A DNA stretch of 64,000 bases from Octopus bimaculoides. Taxonomy: Eukaryota. The stretch is from the NCBI RefSeq assembly GCF_001194135.2, contig NC_069006.1:16784523-16848522 (forward strand), written 5' to 3'. The notes below the pieces were generated by a model. It was not told the DNA's origin. It made no database searches and worked only from the letters and a program-made list of their open reading frames with translations. The position numbers and the translations under genes are program-made. Shown in pieces: positions 23,429-36,482 of this stretch (the stretch's first letter is position 1; each line of letters opens with the position of its first letter).

Positions 23429-23620
23429 ATATGGCATCAACAAGTAGTGATTCCAGCTTTGAAGGTTTTACTCTTGATGATGTACAAAATATAAATGAAA
23501 ACAACAGTGATTTGTCTTCGGACGAATTATATTGACATTTATGAATCTTCGTCAGACAAAGATTTTGATAATGAAAATGATGAAAATGATATTGAAAATA
23601 TTACTCCCTGCAAAAGAAAC
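23429..23620 (+). mobile_element. Possible piggyBac-like transposase N-terminal remnant
   Basis: MASTSSDSSFEGFTLDDV...(frameshift) IDIYESSSDKDFDNENDEND..KRNW, an acidic N-terminus with an SxFEGF motif. No catalytic core was seen. Confidence 0.35.
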
Positions 23621-24183
23621 TGGCCTCTGCTCATGTTTCAGGAGTGTTCACTTATGTTTTTTTTTTAATGTTGGGCATGTAAGTAAAGGAAACCTGTGTG
23701 TCTGCCTGAAGTGCTTGTCTACTATCCTAAGAAATATCCTTCCCACACAAGTTTTAACGTTGAGGGAGAAGGGTGGGGCAAACGAAATGACCTTCCAGTG
23801 GCACTTCTTTTGTAAGTGCTAGGGCCTGGTATATAGGAGATGCGGCCCTTAAACCCACTGGATGCCAGGGCCTTGTTATATTAGGGAGTCATGATATCGA
23901 AAATTTCTTGATTTGAAGACAGGTTGGAGATCCACTTGTTAACATTCTTCTCTAGGTTCCTGAACAAGATCAGTGGGTAGCAGAAGGCTGTGTTGATGTA
24001 GGGTAGCCTTTCATTTGGTTTGCGATAGGGCCAGTATGGACTGGAGCCCAAGTCTACCATGATGTTACCACTAATTTGCTACCACTACCATCACCACCAT
24101 CATATCCCTACCCACCATTCTTGCCTGTTTTCTGTATTCTTGCCTGTTTTCTTTTTTGCTTCTCTCTCACACAGTCACAGATT

Positions 24184-27100
24184 ATGACAGTTCTATCTGT
24201 CATCTGCAGTCTTCCATTTGGTTGGCAGAGGTCATCTTTCATGCTCCCACCAGCTCCACCATCACCACCGCAACCATTCCAGTTGGCACTTACAGTATTG
24301 CTGCTGCTGTTGCTGTGTATGTCTGGGTGCCAAACAAAAACAGCAGAAGATCACTTAATTTCTGAACTGGTACATTCTATAGAGAAAGCATCAGTTTTCT
24401 TTGACAACTACCAAAACAATATCAACATAGATGGTTTATTTGGAATTCAAGTAGGACAAGGTGAGTGTAAACTATTTTAGTTGCTCAGTAATCATGCTGA
24501 ATATATTCATAGTTAAAAACATCCTTGACCTTCAGTACAAAACAATGACCATATAACATAGTAAACAAACTTTCACATAAGCACAGGCATAGCTATGTAG
24601 TTAAGAAGCTTGCTTTGCAGCCATAAGGGTTTGGGTTTAGTCACACTGCACAGCATTTTTGGTAAGTGTCTTCTGATATTGTCCTGTGATGTCTGGCTTG
24701 AGAGTGAATTTGATAGACAGAAAATGTATGGAAGTCCACTATATATATTATTATTTAAGGTTTATATATTAAAATGAAGTTCAGATATATAAAAAAAATA
24801 AGCTTAAAAAGAATTTATTAAGTAAAAAAATGAAATATAGATGTTTGAATAAAGAAATATAAAATAAACTTATTGCCTTTTAGAACTTTCCAAATGTATT
24901 ATATCTTGCATCATTGCTGTCAGTAAATAATTTAGTAACTTCTTCACAACTAGTCTTTTCCAAAACATCTCTATGAACGTGGCATATTAGAATATGATTC
25001 AACCTTTGCTAAATTGTGGATGAATGCAGCCAAGTTTTGAGTCACCACAGAGTGCTAAAAGATCTTTCAGCTTCACAAGAACTGGTTGGAAACACTAAAA
25101 GTAGCCTGAGCAATCACTCAACATTTGGAAACATGCAATGGACTTCTGGTTGCCTTTCACTGAATATTTTATGATGATTCTCGAGAGATGATCCTCTATA
25201 CTCTTTTACTCTTTTACTTGTTTCAGTCATTTGACTGTGGCCATGCTGGAGCACCGCCTTTAGTCAAGCAAATCGACTTATTCTTTGGATGCTTAGTACT
25301 TATTCTATCGGTCTCTTTTGCCGAACTGCTAAGTTACGGGGACGTAAACACACCACCATCGGTTGTCAAGCGATGTTGGGGAGACAAACACAGACACACA
25401 AACATATACACACACATACATAATATATATATATACATATATACAACGGGCTTCTTTCAGTTTCCGTCTACCAAATCCACTCACAAGGCTTTGGTTGGCC
25501 CAAGGCTTTAGTAGAAGACACTTGCTCAAGATGCCATACTGTGGGACTGAACCCAGAACCATGTGGTTGGGGAGCAAATTTCTTAACACTCAGCTACACC
25601 TTCATATTTATTTTCATTTATAATTTGTTATTTATCTATTTATTTATTCATTGTGCAGGTCAATTGCTCAGTATCGATAAATTATTATCCGAGATTCATG
25701 CAGATGAGAAACTGAAAGAGAAGATCCAACAGGTCATATCAAGGATGGAAGTGGTTATCAAGTTGATTAACAACAAAAACCAGAAGAACAGGACATTCTA
25801 CAGCCAACGTTTCAGGCAGCTGGTCACAGAACCAATGAAAGTACCCTGGGTACCACGTTGGCTGGTTGACAACCACAAACCAATAGTTTTTGAAAAGCTG
25901 CACGATTACAATGAAGAATTTGGTGATACTTGTTTGGCCCGTGTTTTAGGTAGCTACGTACAGGAAGATAAGTGAGTTTTGTATATTGGGTTTTTTATTA
26001 TCATCACTGACAAAACCACATTTATTTACTATTCTCATCATCTTCGCCATCATCATCATTACCATCTTCATCCTTTTTTCTCCTCCTCTTCCCCCTCATC
26101 ATCATCATGCCTATCATCACCACCATTACCACTGTTGTCATTGTCATTGAGCTGCCACTGTCATCATCATCTTGTCCCCTTCATTTGTCCTCCTTACCCA
26201 CCACCACCTCCATTGTCATCATCATCATCATCATCATCATTCCTATCATCGTTACCATCACCATTGTCATTGAGCTGCCAGTCATCATCATCGTCTGCAT
26301 CATAATAATCATCATCATTTACATTATCATTGATATTATTGTTGGTGTTATTAATGTCAGTGCGTTCACAATGTTCACAACACCCTTTGATTCCAACCAT
26401 TCCACAATGGCATTCTATTGTCCATTCCAGGGACCAACTACCAAAGTGCAATGTCACAAAAGAATGTCTGGACTTTATGACCAAACCAAACACCACCGGA
26501 TATTACCTTTCACACCAACTCCTATATTTCATATGTATTCAAATGGTACATTGTCTTTTCTATTTCTTACTGTTTTTTTCTCATTTAGGTAAAATAACCA
26601 GCAGTTTCTGAGGGAAGGGGATCAGTTATTTCACTGTTTTTATTGGCAAGCTGCCAGAGTTGTCAGCATGCTGCACAAAATGCTTTGTAGCATTTTGTCT
26701 TTATGTTCTGAGTTCAAATTCCACTGAGGTCAATTTTGCCTTTCATCCTTTCAGGGTCGATGAAATAAGTATCACTTGAGCACTGGGGTCGATGAAATCG
26801 ACTTACCCCATTCCCCCAAACTGCTGGCTTTGTGCCAAAATTTAAAGCCATTATTATTATTATTGAGTGAGAGAGCAGCGCATGCCATCAAAGTGACACT
26901 GGAGTAAAATATACAAAGCCCAGTATACCCATCTTGACTACCCGTCTGATAAGGCTACACCAGGCACATGCATCACAACCATACGTGTGTGACATGGTGA
27001 TCTCATATCAAGATAAACAGCACATGACCTTGCAGGTGGGGCCCAGTTAGAATTTTCTTCAGATTGAGTAACCCATCCCACTCAAAAGGTCCCTGAAAAA

Positions 27101-27543
27101 GGGTTAAGGGTGTTGAATGAAACACCCATGTTTCCAAAGGTGAATTATCCAAACCCCAAAGAATTCCTCTTGACACATGGCTATGATGATCCCCCACTAC
27201 TTCTGCTCATGATCAGAGATGCACATATCGTCAGCCACCAAGGGACATGCTCGACTGGTTAAGGTCAAGCAACTGACAAGCAAATCTGTGGTACTGAGCA
27301 GAATATTTTCTGTAGCCCATCTTTTATAACAAGACAAAACAATGTACATGATAACACTTCCAATCAACTAAAGATTCTTCAAGGCTGTGCCCCAGTATGA
27401 CCACAGTCTGATGACTGAAACAAGTAAGGAATAAAAGATAAAATATGTGTGTATGCATGTGTATTTATGCATGTGCATGTTTGAGATAGCATTGTCCTGT
27501 TGGTACTATCAGCACCATCAACTAGAGTCAGACAGAAGGAGGA

Positions 27544-27586
<43 letters not shown>

Positions 27587-30500
27587 GGAAGGCAGAGACA
27601 GGAAGATTCATTATTGTTGTTTGTTGTGTTTCAGAATGACTGTGCTGGCAGAGCAGGCTTTGAAGAATTCCAAGAGCGACCAACTGTAGTGGACATCCAG
27701 AGACAACTATGTGGCAAGATGTACAACGAAGCAAAACAACTAGCCATACATGGCTACGTGGACCTCTCCTTTCAGGACCTCTTTGCTGAACACAGTGAGA
27801 TCACTTCATATTGTTGTTATTGTTGTTTTGTTCCAAGTCAGTCATTCCATTCACAAGAATACTGTCTTTGCTTTAGGAATATTCTTTTACTTGTTTCAGT
27901 CTTTGGACTGTCACCATGGTAGGGCACCACCTTGAGGGGTTTACTAGAAGAAATTGACCCCAGTTTAGTACTTTATTTGATTGTTCTTTTTTTGCCAAAC
28001 CACTAAGTTGCCGGTACATAAACAGATGTGATGCTGATTGTCAATCAGTGTGGAGACGTGCAAAGATACATATCGGAATTGAACCAAATTCGACGACTCC
28101 CATGTCAACCTTTCCTTCATTGGACACTAAACTCTGTTTGCGAAGACCTGTTGGGGCAAGTGAAATTGAAATCGTAATTGAACCAAATTCAATGACTGGC
28201 ACCATGCCAGTAGAGCACTAACAGCACCATCCGAGCGTGATCATTGGTGGAGCAGCTGTCTGGCTTCCGTGCCAGTGGCATGTAAATAGCACCATTTGAG
28301 TGTGATCGTTACCAGCGTCTCCTTACTGGCACTTGTGCTGGTGGCATATAAAAGAAAACATTCGAGTGAGGTCGTTGCCAGTGCCACTGGACTGGCTCCT
28401 GTGCAAAACTTTTATAGTAAAAAAAGTAATTTTTTATGTAAAATATAGGGGCCACAATTTCACAGGAGTAAAAATTTCATGCAACATGGCATACTCTGAA
28501 AACCACACTTACTGATATATTTCTAAAGACCAACCACCTGTTGTCCATAATGAAATTGACCAAAGTCCAGCCGTCCTTATAATTGGTCAGTTAAATTTAA
28601 AACCAAGGACAGGCTTAGACCATTATAGGGGTAGATATGAATAAAGAAATAAATAAAAGTGTGGGGAAGTGGTTGCTTGTGTCATTATAAACCATTATAA
28701 CATGAAAACAAGCACTGTACAACAGTAAATAACAGTTAAGGGGAGACTACCGTTATGGTATGTAGTTGCTAGGGCATTTATCTACAAATTATAATACTAG
28801 GTCTCCTTAATTAGCCACCTCAGTCCCAAGTGGTGGTTGTATTAGACAAACTAATTGTCTAAACCCTCCTGAGTACATTCTACTTAGTAGACTGGTTGGA
28901 AAAAGGTAGTTTGACAGGAGGGCTAGGAAGAAGGGGAAATGATAAAGTACTGGTGATTCCAAAACGAAGGTGCATTTTCTTTCAACTCAAACTTTACTTT
29001 GATTTTTTTTACACGTTCCGAGTTCCTTCGAGAACACATCAGGGTAGATCTTCTTTAATTCTAATTTCAATTTTTCTGATACATTATCTGATACGGACTG
29101 TGACACATTCACCTTTTTATATAATGTATTCAATGGTAGATCCCACAGTAGAATTCTTCCATTAAATCTGTACCAAACAGATTCATTGTATTTTTAGACA
29201 CCATTATTTTACTTTACCATGTCATTTCTTTGAGTTTTATTTCTGGCAGAATTTTGCCCAAGAATTGAACTCATTCCCCAGACACACTGTGAGCTATCTT
29301 AGTAGTTTTTTTGTATACCGGCTTTTCTATCTTAATTCATGTTGTCGTATTAATTATTGATATGTCTGAACTGGTATCTAATTGCATTTTTGTCTGAAAA
29401 CCATTTATTTTTACCACCACAAATTTCGGGTTTTTTTATGGTATAATTTATTTTTGTTGAGTAGGCTTTCTTCCATTTCTCATTTTTTACATTTTTCTTC
29501 AACCAGCATTTTGACTGTCTATGCCCAATTTTACCACACTTAAAACATTTTCTATCTTTAAAGGGGTAATCTTTCTTATAATGCAGGTCTCTGCAACCAT
29601 AGCACGGTTATATCAGAGACCTCTTGGAAAAGATACGAAAGATATGCGGTCTATATAACACAAACTACTAACAAATGGGGACATAAACATGTCAATACTT
29701 GTTGTCAAGTGATGAAGGGGAGAAACACAGACACAATGACACACACACATACTCACGTGCACATATACACATATATTGCAGGCTTTTACACAATTTTCCT
29801 GAACCAAATGTATTCACATGTCATTTTCTGGCTTCAGGCTGCAGTAGAAGTCTTTTACCCAAGGGTGCCATGTAGTGGAATTGAACCTGAAACTACATGT
29901 TTGTAAAGTGTGTTTCTTGACCACACCTAAATTATTGACATTTAGGTTTATCTTTTTCAGTGAAGGCTTAACAAATAGTCATTCAATATTGTTTTCTTAA
30001 AAACATTTATTTAGGAAATATTTTATTTGAAATTCTGCAAAGTCAGTATAAGCACAAGCATAACTGTGTGGTAAGAAGCTTACTTCGCAACCACGTGATT
30101 CCGGTTCACTTGAGCAAATGTATTCTACTATAGCCTCAGGCTTGGGTAAGTATATTCTGCTATAGCCTTGTGAGTGGATTTGGTAGACAGAAACTGAAAG
30201 AAGCCTGTTATATATATGTGTGTGTGTGTCTGTATTTGTCCTCCACCTCCACTTGACAACTGTTGGTTTGTTTACATCCTTGTAACTTGGCAGTTTGATA
30301 AAACGAGACTGATAGAGTAAGTTTCAAGCTTAAAAAAAAACAACTGGGGTTGAATCATTCGAGTAAAAATTCTTCAAGGTGGTGACTGTTGTCTAATGAC
30401 TGAAACAAGTAAAAGAGAAAAGGAAAGATGAAAGATGTACAAAGTTCAGATTTTGTCTTTATGATGTGTCTTTCTAGCTGATTACACGGAAACTTAGCTA

Positions 30501-33490
30501 CTATCTCTAGCAGGTTGTGTAACCACATAAAAGCTCTCATACTTGTGAATATGTATGTTTGTATTATATGTGTATTATTACTGTTTGTAGTAGGCAATGA
30601 TTGTCAAAATGAATTTCATATGTTTCAATAATGATTTTGTCCACAATATTAATATTATAATTCAGTGATATATCTTGGCCCAAATTTCCTCATATCCAAA
30701 GTGGTAAATGACAAATTTAAGTGAATTATCTTTTATTCATGATGAGAAACATTTGTCAATATATGACTGTCAAATAAAAACAAATGAAAGCATTAAAGTG
30801 AAAAATAATGTTTACTTCACGAACAGCAGCATAGACTGTTTTACCAATATCTGCTATCTGTGTATATAAATATATATAAAATATCTCTTTTCATAGACTT
30901 TCTCTGTGCTCCACTTGGCTTCCAGAACTTTCTCCATGCTGATTGGATAAAAATGGTTATTACATGGCAGAGTCCCATTGGTTGCTTTGCTGAGACAATG
31001 GTTGATAATACTCTTTACAACACACGGTATAGATTTTTGTTACTGATTCTAGTCTCCACTTGTTCTTCGATCACACACACACACACACACACACACATGA
31101 ATATCTTCCCTCAATTAAAGAAATTCTGCTGTGTTTCCTGTAATGATCTCTATCATTACTGTTCACTGTAATAAATTAAACTAGTGGTTCTTTCATTCCT
31201 ATTTTACTCTGATGAACCTACCCACCCAGCCATTCAGTGTTTAGAAACTAGTTTTATTGATTCTTATCCTTCCCACTGGAAACACAAGGCCTCAGATTTT
31301 GGAGGAAGGGATTAAGTCTATTACATTGACTTCAGTACATAACTGGTACTAATTTTATTGACCTCAAAAGGATGACAGGCAGAGTCGACCTCGGTGGAAT
31401 TCGAGCTCAAAACCTAATGGCAGAGAAAATACCACTAAGCATTTCACCTAGCATGCTAATGATTCTGCCAGCTCGCCGCCTTAATGATATAATAAATGTG
31501 AATGTCAATGTGTCACGCTTTTTCAACTTTACTCCTAGAGGCCGTAACCCAACATATCATATTATTTTGGAATCAGGCTGACTCCGCAAGTAAATTAAAA
31601 ACATTCTGGGCTGAATCCAGACTCACAATCTTGAAATTCTGGATTCCCAAGTTTTCATTACTGTGATTGTTTTTGGCGATATTTTTATGACAAATTTTTT
31701 TGTATGATAACAATTTTTATAATCTAAAGGCTAACTCCGTGAAAATGTGTGACACACTGACATTCACATTTATTATATTAGATATATATATTAATGGTAT
31801 TTTTATATAAGCTTAAAGCTTATGGTGATCACCGTGCAATGACTAAGGAAAGTAGTCTAATAAAGGGGCATATAAGCCCTTGACAGAAAAAGAAGGCTTT
31901 CCTATCCCACGTGGATATAAGCTTTAAGCTTATATAAAAATACCATTATTATTATTTACAGGACTGTAAACTCGGCACTGTATAAACCATTCGCACCAAA
32001 AAAAATATATATATATATATATATATATACATACACATACATATATGTATACACATACACACATATATATATATATATATACACTTACAATATCTATTTT
32101 CAGTTCATTGCCCACAATGCGGAAGTTAATGCGGGAGGAGTTGATGCCAAGTAAGTGGTCTTCCTTTCTCTTGAAATATATAAGCCAAGCATAAATGCAT
32201 CCACACACATATACACATGTATACACAAATATATGTACACATGCACATTACTGTGCCAGCTTCAGTATTTGATCCTCAGAGAAGTTGGTAAAAAAAAGTC
32301 AAACTTGTTATCTTCAAATCAAATTTTGTGCTTATCCTCATTCATGGTCAAGAATGTTAGATAATAACCATAAAAGCATGATTGCTTACACAAGCAGCTA
32401 AAAAGAGGTTTCTCCAAAAGATCTCTGGAGTAACATTACTCTGTGGGATGCATAGCTCAGAGTTCAAGAAATCTCTCTGGGTTGAACTGCTACTTCTCTG
32501 CATTCAGAAGTCCCCACTCTGTTTATATGCTTTGCGTGTGTGTGTTTTTGTTTGCTTGTTTGTTTGTTTATATATGATTAGAATGTTGCAGAAAAGAATC
32601 ACAGGATAGATTATTCAAGTTGGTAGGAAGACAAAGAATGCGATCTTTGGAAATATCCATAGTCTCAATTTGGTTAGACTTGGGAATCCAGCTGGAAGGT
32701 GTGGTTGCTTCAGATAGGATCTTATGGAAGAGATGACTGAGGACTCTGTTCCCATGATCCTTTCTGAAGCAATAGGTGAAGATGGATGGATGAATGGAGT
32801 TAGTGCCAATGACACATTACAGAGCCTCTAAGACTGGTAAAAAAGTGGGAGAAACATATGGTATCCTCAAATCAAAGAGCTGGCCTGAACGTTTGCAACA
32901 GATGCTGGGTGGTGGTGTTAAACTTGGCAATGGATTAGGTTCACCACCAAAATAGGCTATGGCTGGATTTGAATTTAGGACACTAAGAGCCAGAATAATT
33001 ACAGCAAGGCACTCTCTGACATACTTACTATTCTACCATTTGACCACCATAGATTGCAACTTTGTTATTCATTCCAAATGGAAGAAAGACAATGACCACT
33101 GTAGAATTTGAACTCAGTATGTGGAAAATTAGAACAGACATTAAACATTAGTCTTGCTGCTCAAATTTCTTCAAGTAAGAACTCTCACAGAAGTAGTCGA
33201 CAAAATCAAAAAACAAACAATGCACATGCGTGAAATTATAAATATAAAATGACACCAATTTGCCCATTACTCTCTGTATATGTGTGTGTGTGTGTATGAA
33301 TTTATATATGTGTCCAATCTATGCCAGTATGGAAAATAGACTTTAAATGACAATGATAATGATATCATCATCTTTAATTAGATATTAATTTATTTCAGAT
33401 GGCTGTCTCTCCCACAAGTCTGGTCTCTGTTATGGAGTACTAACCACTTATTTAAATGGAATTTTGCGAAGGCAACTTAACCACAGCTAA
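24184..33490 (+). CDS. C16orf89: UPF0764 / C16orf89-like secreted protein, 377 aa. Exons 24184-24460, 25659-25971, 26431-26545, 27635-27794, 30897-31026, 32104-32150, 33399-33490
   Basis: Hydrophobic leader LALTVLLLLLLCMSGC, then SIEKASVFF...INIDGLFG, CLDFMTKPNTTGYYLSHQLLYF, LCGKMYNEA...QDLFAEH, LCAPLGF..F...DWIKMVITWQSPIGCF, RKLMREE and GCLSHKSG. These match human C16orf89 motifs as recalled (GYCLSHQLLFF, ILSWQKQQEGCF, GCSSHNT). The exons total 1134 nt with compatible phases. A downstream ATG at 24241 is an alternative start. Confidence 0.9.
28950..29600 (-). mobile_element. Gypsy-type LTR retrotransposon gag-pol remnant
   Basis: Zinc knuckle CFKCGKIGHRQSKC, protease KINGFQTKMQLDTSSDISIIN, then LKKIYPDVFSKELGTCK..KVKFELKENA. 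Stops and frameshifts are present. Confidence 0.8.
31793..31947. repeat. 155-bp element with perfect 31-bp inverted ends
   Basis: AATGGTATTTTTATATAAGCTTAAAGCTTAT at 31793-31823, reverse complement at 31917-31947. Confidence 0.8.
32375..32930 (+). mobile_element. RTE-clade LINE C-terminal fragments
   Basis: RFLQKISGVTLLCGMHSSEFKKSLWVELLLLCIQKS resembles MRFLRRI.GVTL.DR.RSS.IR..L.VEPL. It is followed by a degenerate 3' part with stop codons. Confidence 0.6.
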
Positions 33491-33691
33491 GAGTTCCTGC
33501 CAGTGACCCATCGGTGTTGATGCCATTCTAGAGTATTGACCATTTATTCATAAATGGACTTCTGCAGAGAAGCAAGTGTTCCACAGTTTACTGAATTCCT
33601 AACTGTGGCATGCAAGCCTGGACACTGTTTCACACTCCAGTATTGGGATTAACACCAACTGAAATACCATATCTTTCTGTTGTCAATATGA

Positions 33692-33697
33692 AATAAA
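33692..33697 (+). other. Candidate polyadenylation signal of the C16orf89-like gene
   Basis: AATAAA about 200 nt after the TAA stop, just before a SINE. Confidence 0.4.
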
Positions 33698-35415
33698 CAA
33701 ACAAATAATAATAATAATAATCCTTTCTTCTATAGGCACAAGGCCTGAAATTTGGGGGAAGGGATAGTCAATTACATCGACCCCAGGATACAACTGGTAT
33801 TTATTTTATCGACCCTGAAAGGTAAAGTCGACCTCAATGGAATTTTAACTCGGGCTGTAAAGATGGATGAAATGCCGCTAAGTGTTTTATCTAGCATGCT
33901 AATAATTCTGCCAGTTCACCGCCTTAATAATAATAATAATAATAATTCTTTCCACTGAAAGCACAAGGCCTGAAATTTGGGGGAGGGGATAGTTGATTAC
34001 ATCAACCCCAGTATTTCACTAGTACTTAATTTATCAACCCAGAAAGGACAAAACGCAAAGTTGCGCTTGGCAGAATTTAAAGTCAGAATGTAGCAACAGA
34101 CGAAATACCACTAAGCATTTCACCCGGCATGCTAATGATTCTGCCAGCTCCCCCACCTTAATAATAATATTGACATCAATGTGGTTGTTTGCTTTTCCAC
34201 TCCTTTCACTATTTTGTTTCCTAGCCCTTTTAATACTAACTTACCTGAGAGGTAATATTTGGATATTCTGTTAGAACAAAACTATACTATGAGAGAAACT
34301 CTTATTTTGGCTTTAGATGGAAAATGCAGTCTTATATATCAAGTTGGTGCAAAAATAATGTTCGATTTAAAGATCTAAGGTAAAAATGAATAAGCTAATT
34401 ATTTGGGAGATGGAAACTGAAAGAAATCCATCGTGTGTGTGTGTGTGTCCTCTTGTCTTGTCATCATGTAATGGCTGTAATTGAGAATCACCATCATACA
34501 GGCATTGCTGCGCATTACTAGTCTTTCATGAAAACATGTCTAGCCAAAAGGGATTCCAGCTGTAGAAAATTCACCTCAAGGATTTCCACTGGACCCATGC
34601 AAGCATGGGAAAAGTGAATGATGAAACAATGATAATGATGATGATGGTTGTAAGGCATTCTTTTTTATTATTTTTATTATCAAATTATTATCTTCAGAAC
34701 TGTACATCATTTACCATTTCATTCACCTCTTACAGTTTTTGTCCGAAATTTTATTAAAAAATAAAAAATAAATTTTCTATAGCCAGTCCTTCACAAAGAA
34801 TGCCAAATGCTCACACAGTTTCACCTCTTTTTCATCTTTTTGAAAGTCATACTTTATAACAAAAATGGTTTCTTTTTTGGTTGTTGGGGTGCTGGTACAT
34901 TCTGAAACAACAAAAGAAACTCTTTTATGTAAAATCAAGAAATCATTTTAAAATATCAATTTTAAAACTTTAAAATATTAATTTTCATTTTATAGGCACA
35001 GGAGTGGCTGTGTGGTAAGAAGTTTACTTCCCAATCATATGGTTCTGGGATCATTCCCACTATGTGGCAGCTTGAGCAGGTGTCTTGTACTATAGCCTCA
35101 GGCCAACCAAAGCTTTGTGAGTGGATTTGGGAGAAGGAAACTGAAAGAAGCCTGACATATATATAAATATGCTTGTGTGTATGTGTTTGTGTCTGTATTC
35201 GTCCCCACTCCGTTTGACAACCGATATTAGTGTGCTTACATCCCTATAACTTAGCGATTCAGCAAAAGAGTCCGATAGAATAAGTACCAGGCTTTAAAAA
35301 ATAAATAAAAGTACTGGGATTGATTCATTCAACTAAAATTCTTCAAAGCAGTGCCCCAGCATCGCTGCAGTCTAATGACTGAAACAAGTAAAAGAAGAAT
35401 AAATCTTAGCCTTAA

Positions 35416-35636
35416 CCCTTTAGCATTTAAACTGGCCATATCCAGCCAAAAGTATTCTGCCTATTCTATGTTCAAACTGACCAGATCTAGTCTTTCACAC
35501 CAACCCTACAATAACATTTTAAAAATTAACAGCTACCTCATCAAAATCTCATAGCTACAAGATAATGCATGATTAGTTCAAAACAATGTGGATAAAAAAG
35601 CATTAATTATGGCAGAATAATCTGAACACTAAAGGG
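35416..35636. mobile_element. TTAA-flanked MITE of about 220 bp, with related copies at about 38120-38334, 38335-38540 and 7945-8056
   Basis: TTAA|CCCTTTAGCATT...CACTAAAGGG|TTAA with shared internal sequence between copies. Confidence 0.75.
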
Positions 35637-36482
35637 TTAATATTGTGTTTTGAAGTAGGCACAAAACCCTTTTGGAAGGAGAGGATAATTTCACAAGCAA
35701 GCAATAACTACAGACATACTTAGCTCCACAGTTGTTACTTGTCTGCAAACAAAGAACTTTCTTTATCTTTAAACATATAAATTGATTTTTAGAAATAAGA
35801 AAGGGTCTTCACACATTGGGACTAATAGAGGAAATGACAGAGGACTGAGACTCCTGGTGGTTTGCTGTGCTTGAAAAGACACATCAAGCTCAGTAAAAGC
35901 TGTTCTTACATACCGACTTATCCCCTGCATCCCGCTCCAGCTGAACATTCTTAATCTTGCAGGTTCATGGGTGCTGATGCTTACATGAAAAGCACATGTA
36001 CTAGTGTTATGTAAACGCACCCATGGCAGTGCTGTGTAAAAGCACCCAGTACACTCTGTAAAGTGGTTGGCATTAGGAAGGGTATCCAGCCATAGAAACC
36101 ATGCCAAAACAGACATGGAGCCCAGGCAGTTCTTCAGCTGGTCTGCTCCCGTCAAACTGTCCAACCCATGCCAGCATAGAAAAAAGATGTTAGATGATGA
36201 TGATGATGAATGTGATAATGATAAATTCTTTATCTAACTATATTAATGATAGTGATGATGATACCTCAATATTTGTTGTTCTATTGCAGTACATTCGTGA
36301 ATGTATAGTCTGAGACAAAATATAACGGATGAATGAACAAGCAGATTACTTTATAGATGGAATTGGATGGTAACATTGGAATCCATGAAAGCAGTACACA
36401 AAAAAAAAAGAGCTCATAATTCAGTAGGATGTAAGAAATCTGAGAGATGAGAAGGGTGAAAGGTCAATGTATTTAATATAAA

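Noticed and set aside
31209-31255. CTGATGA...GAAACTAGT hammerhead-like string
   Set aside because: No convincing stem II or stem I pairing
32382-32609. LCGMHSSEF... considered as a C16orf89 exon
   Set aside because: It fits an RTE LINE C-terminus, and the true exon is 30897-31026
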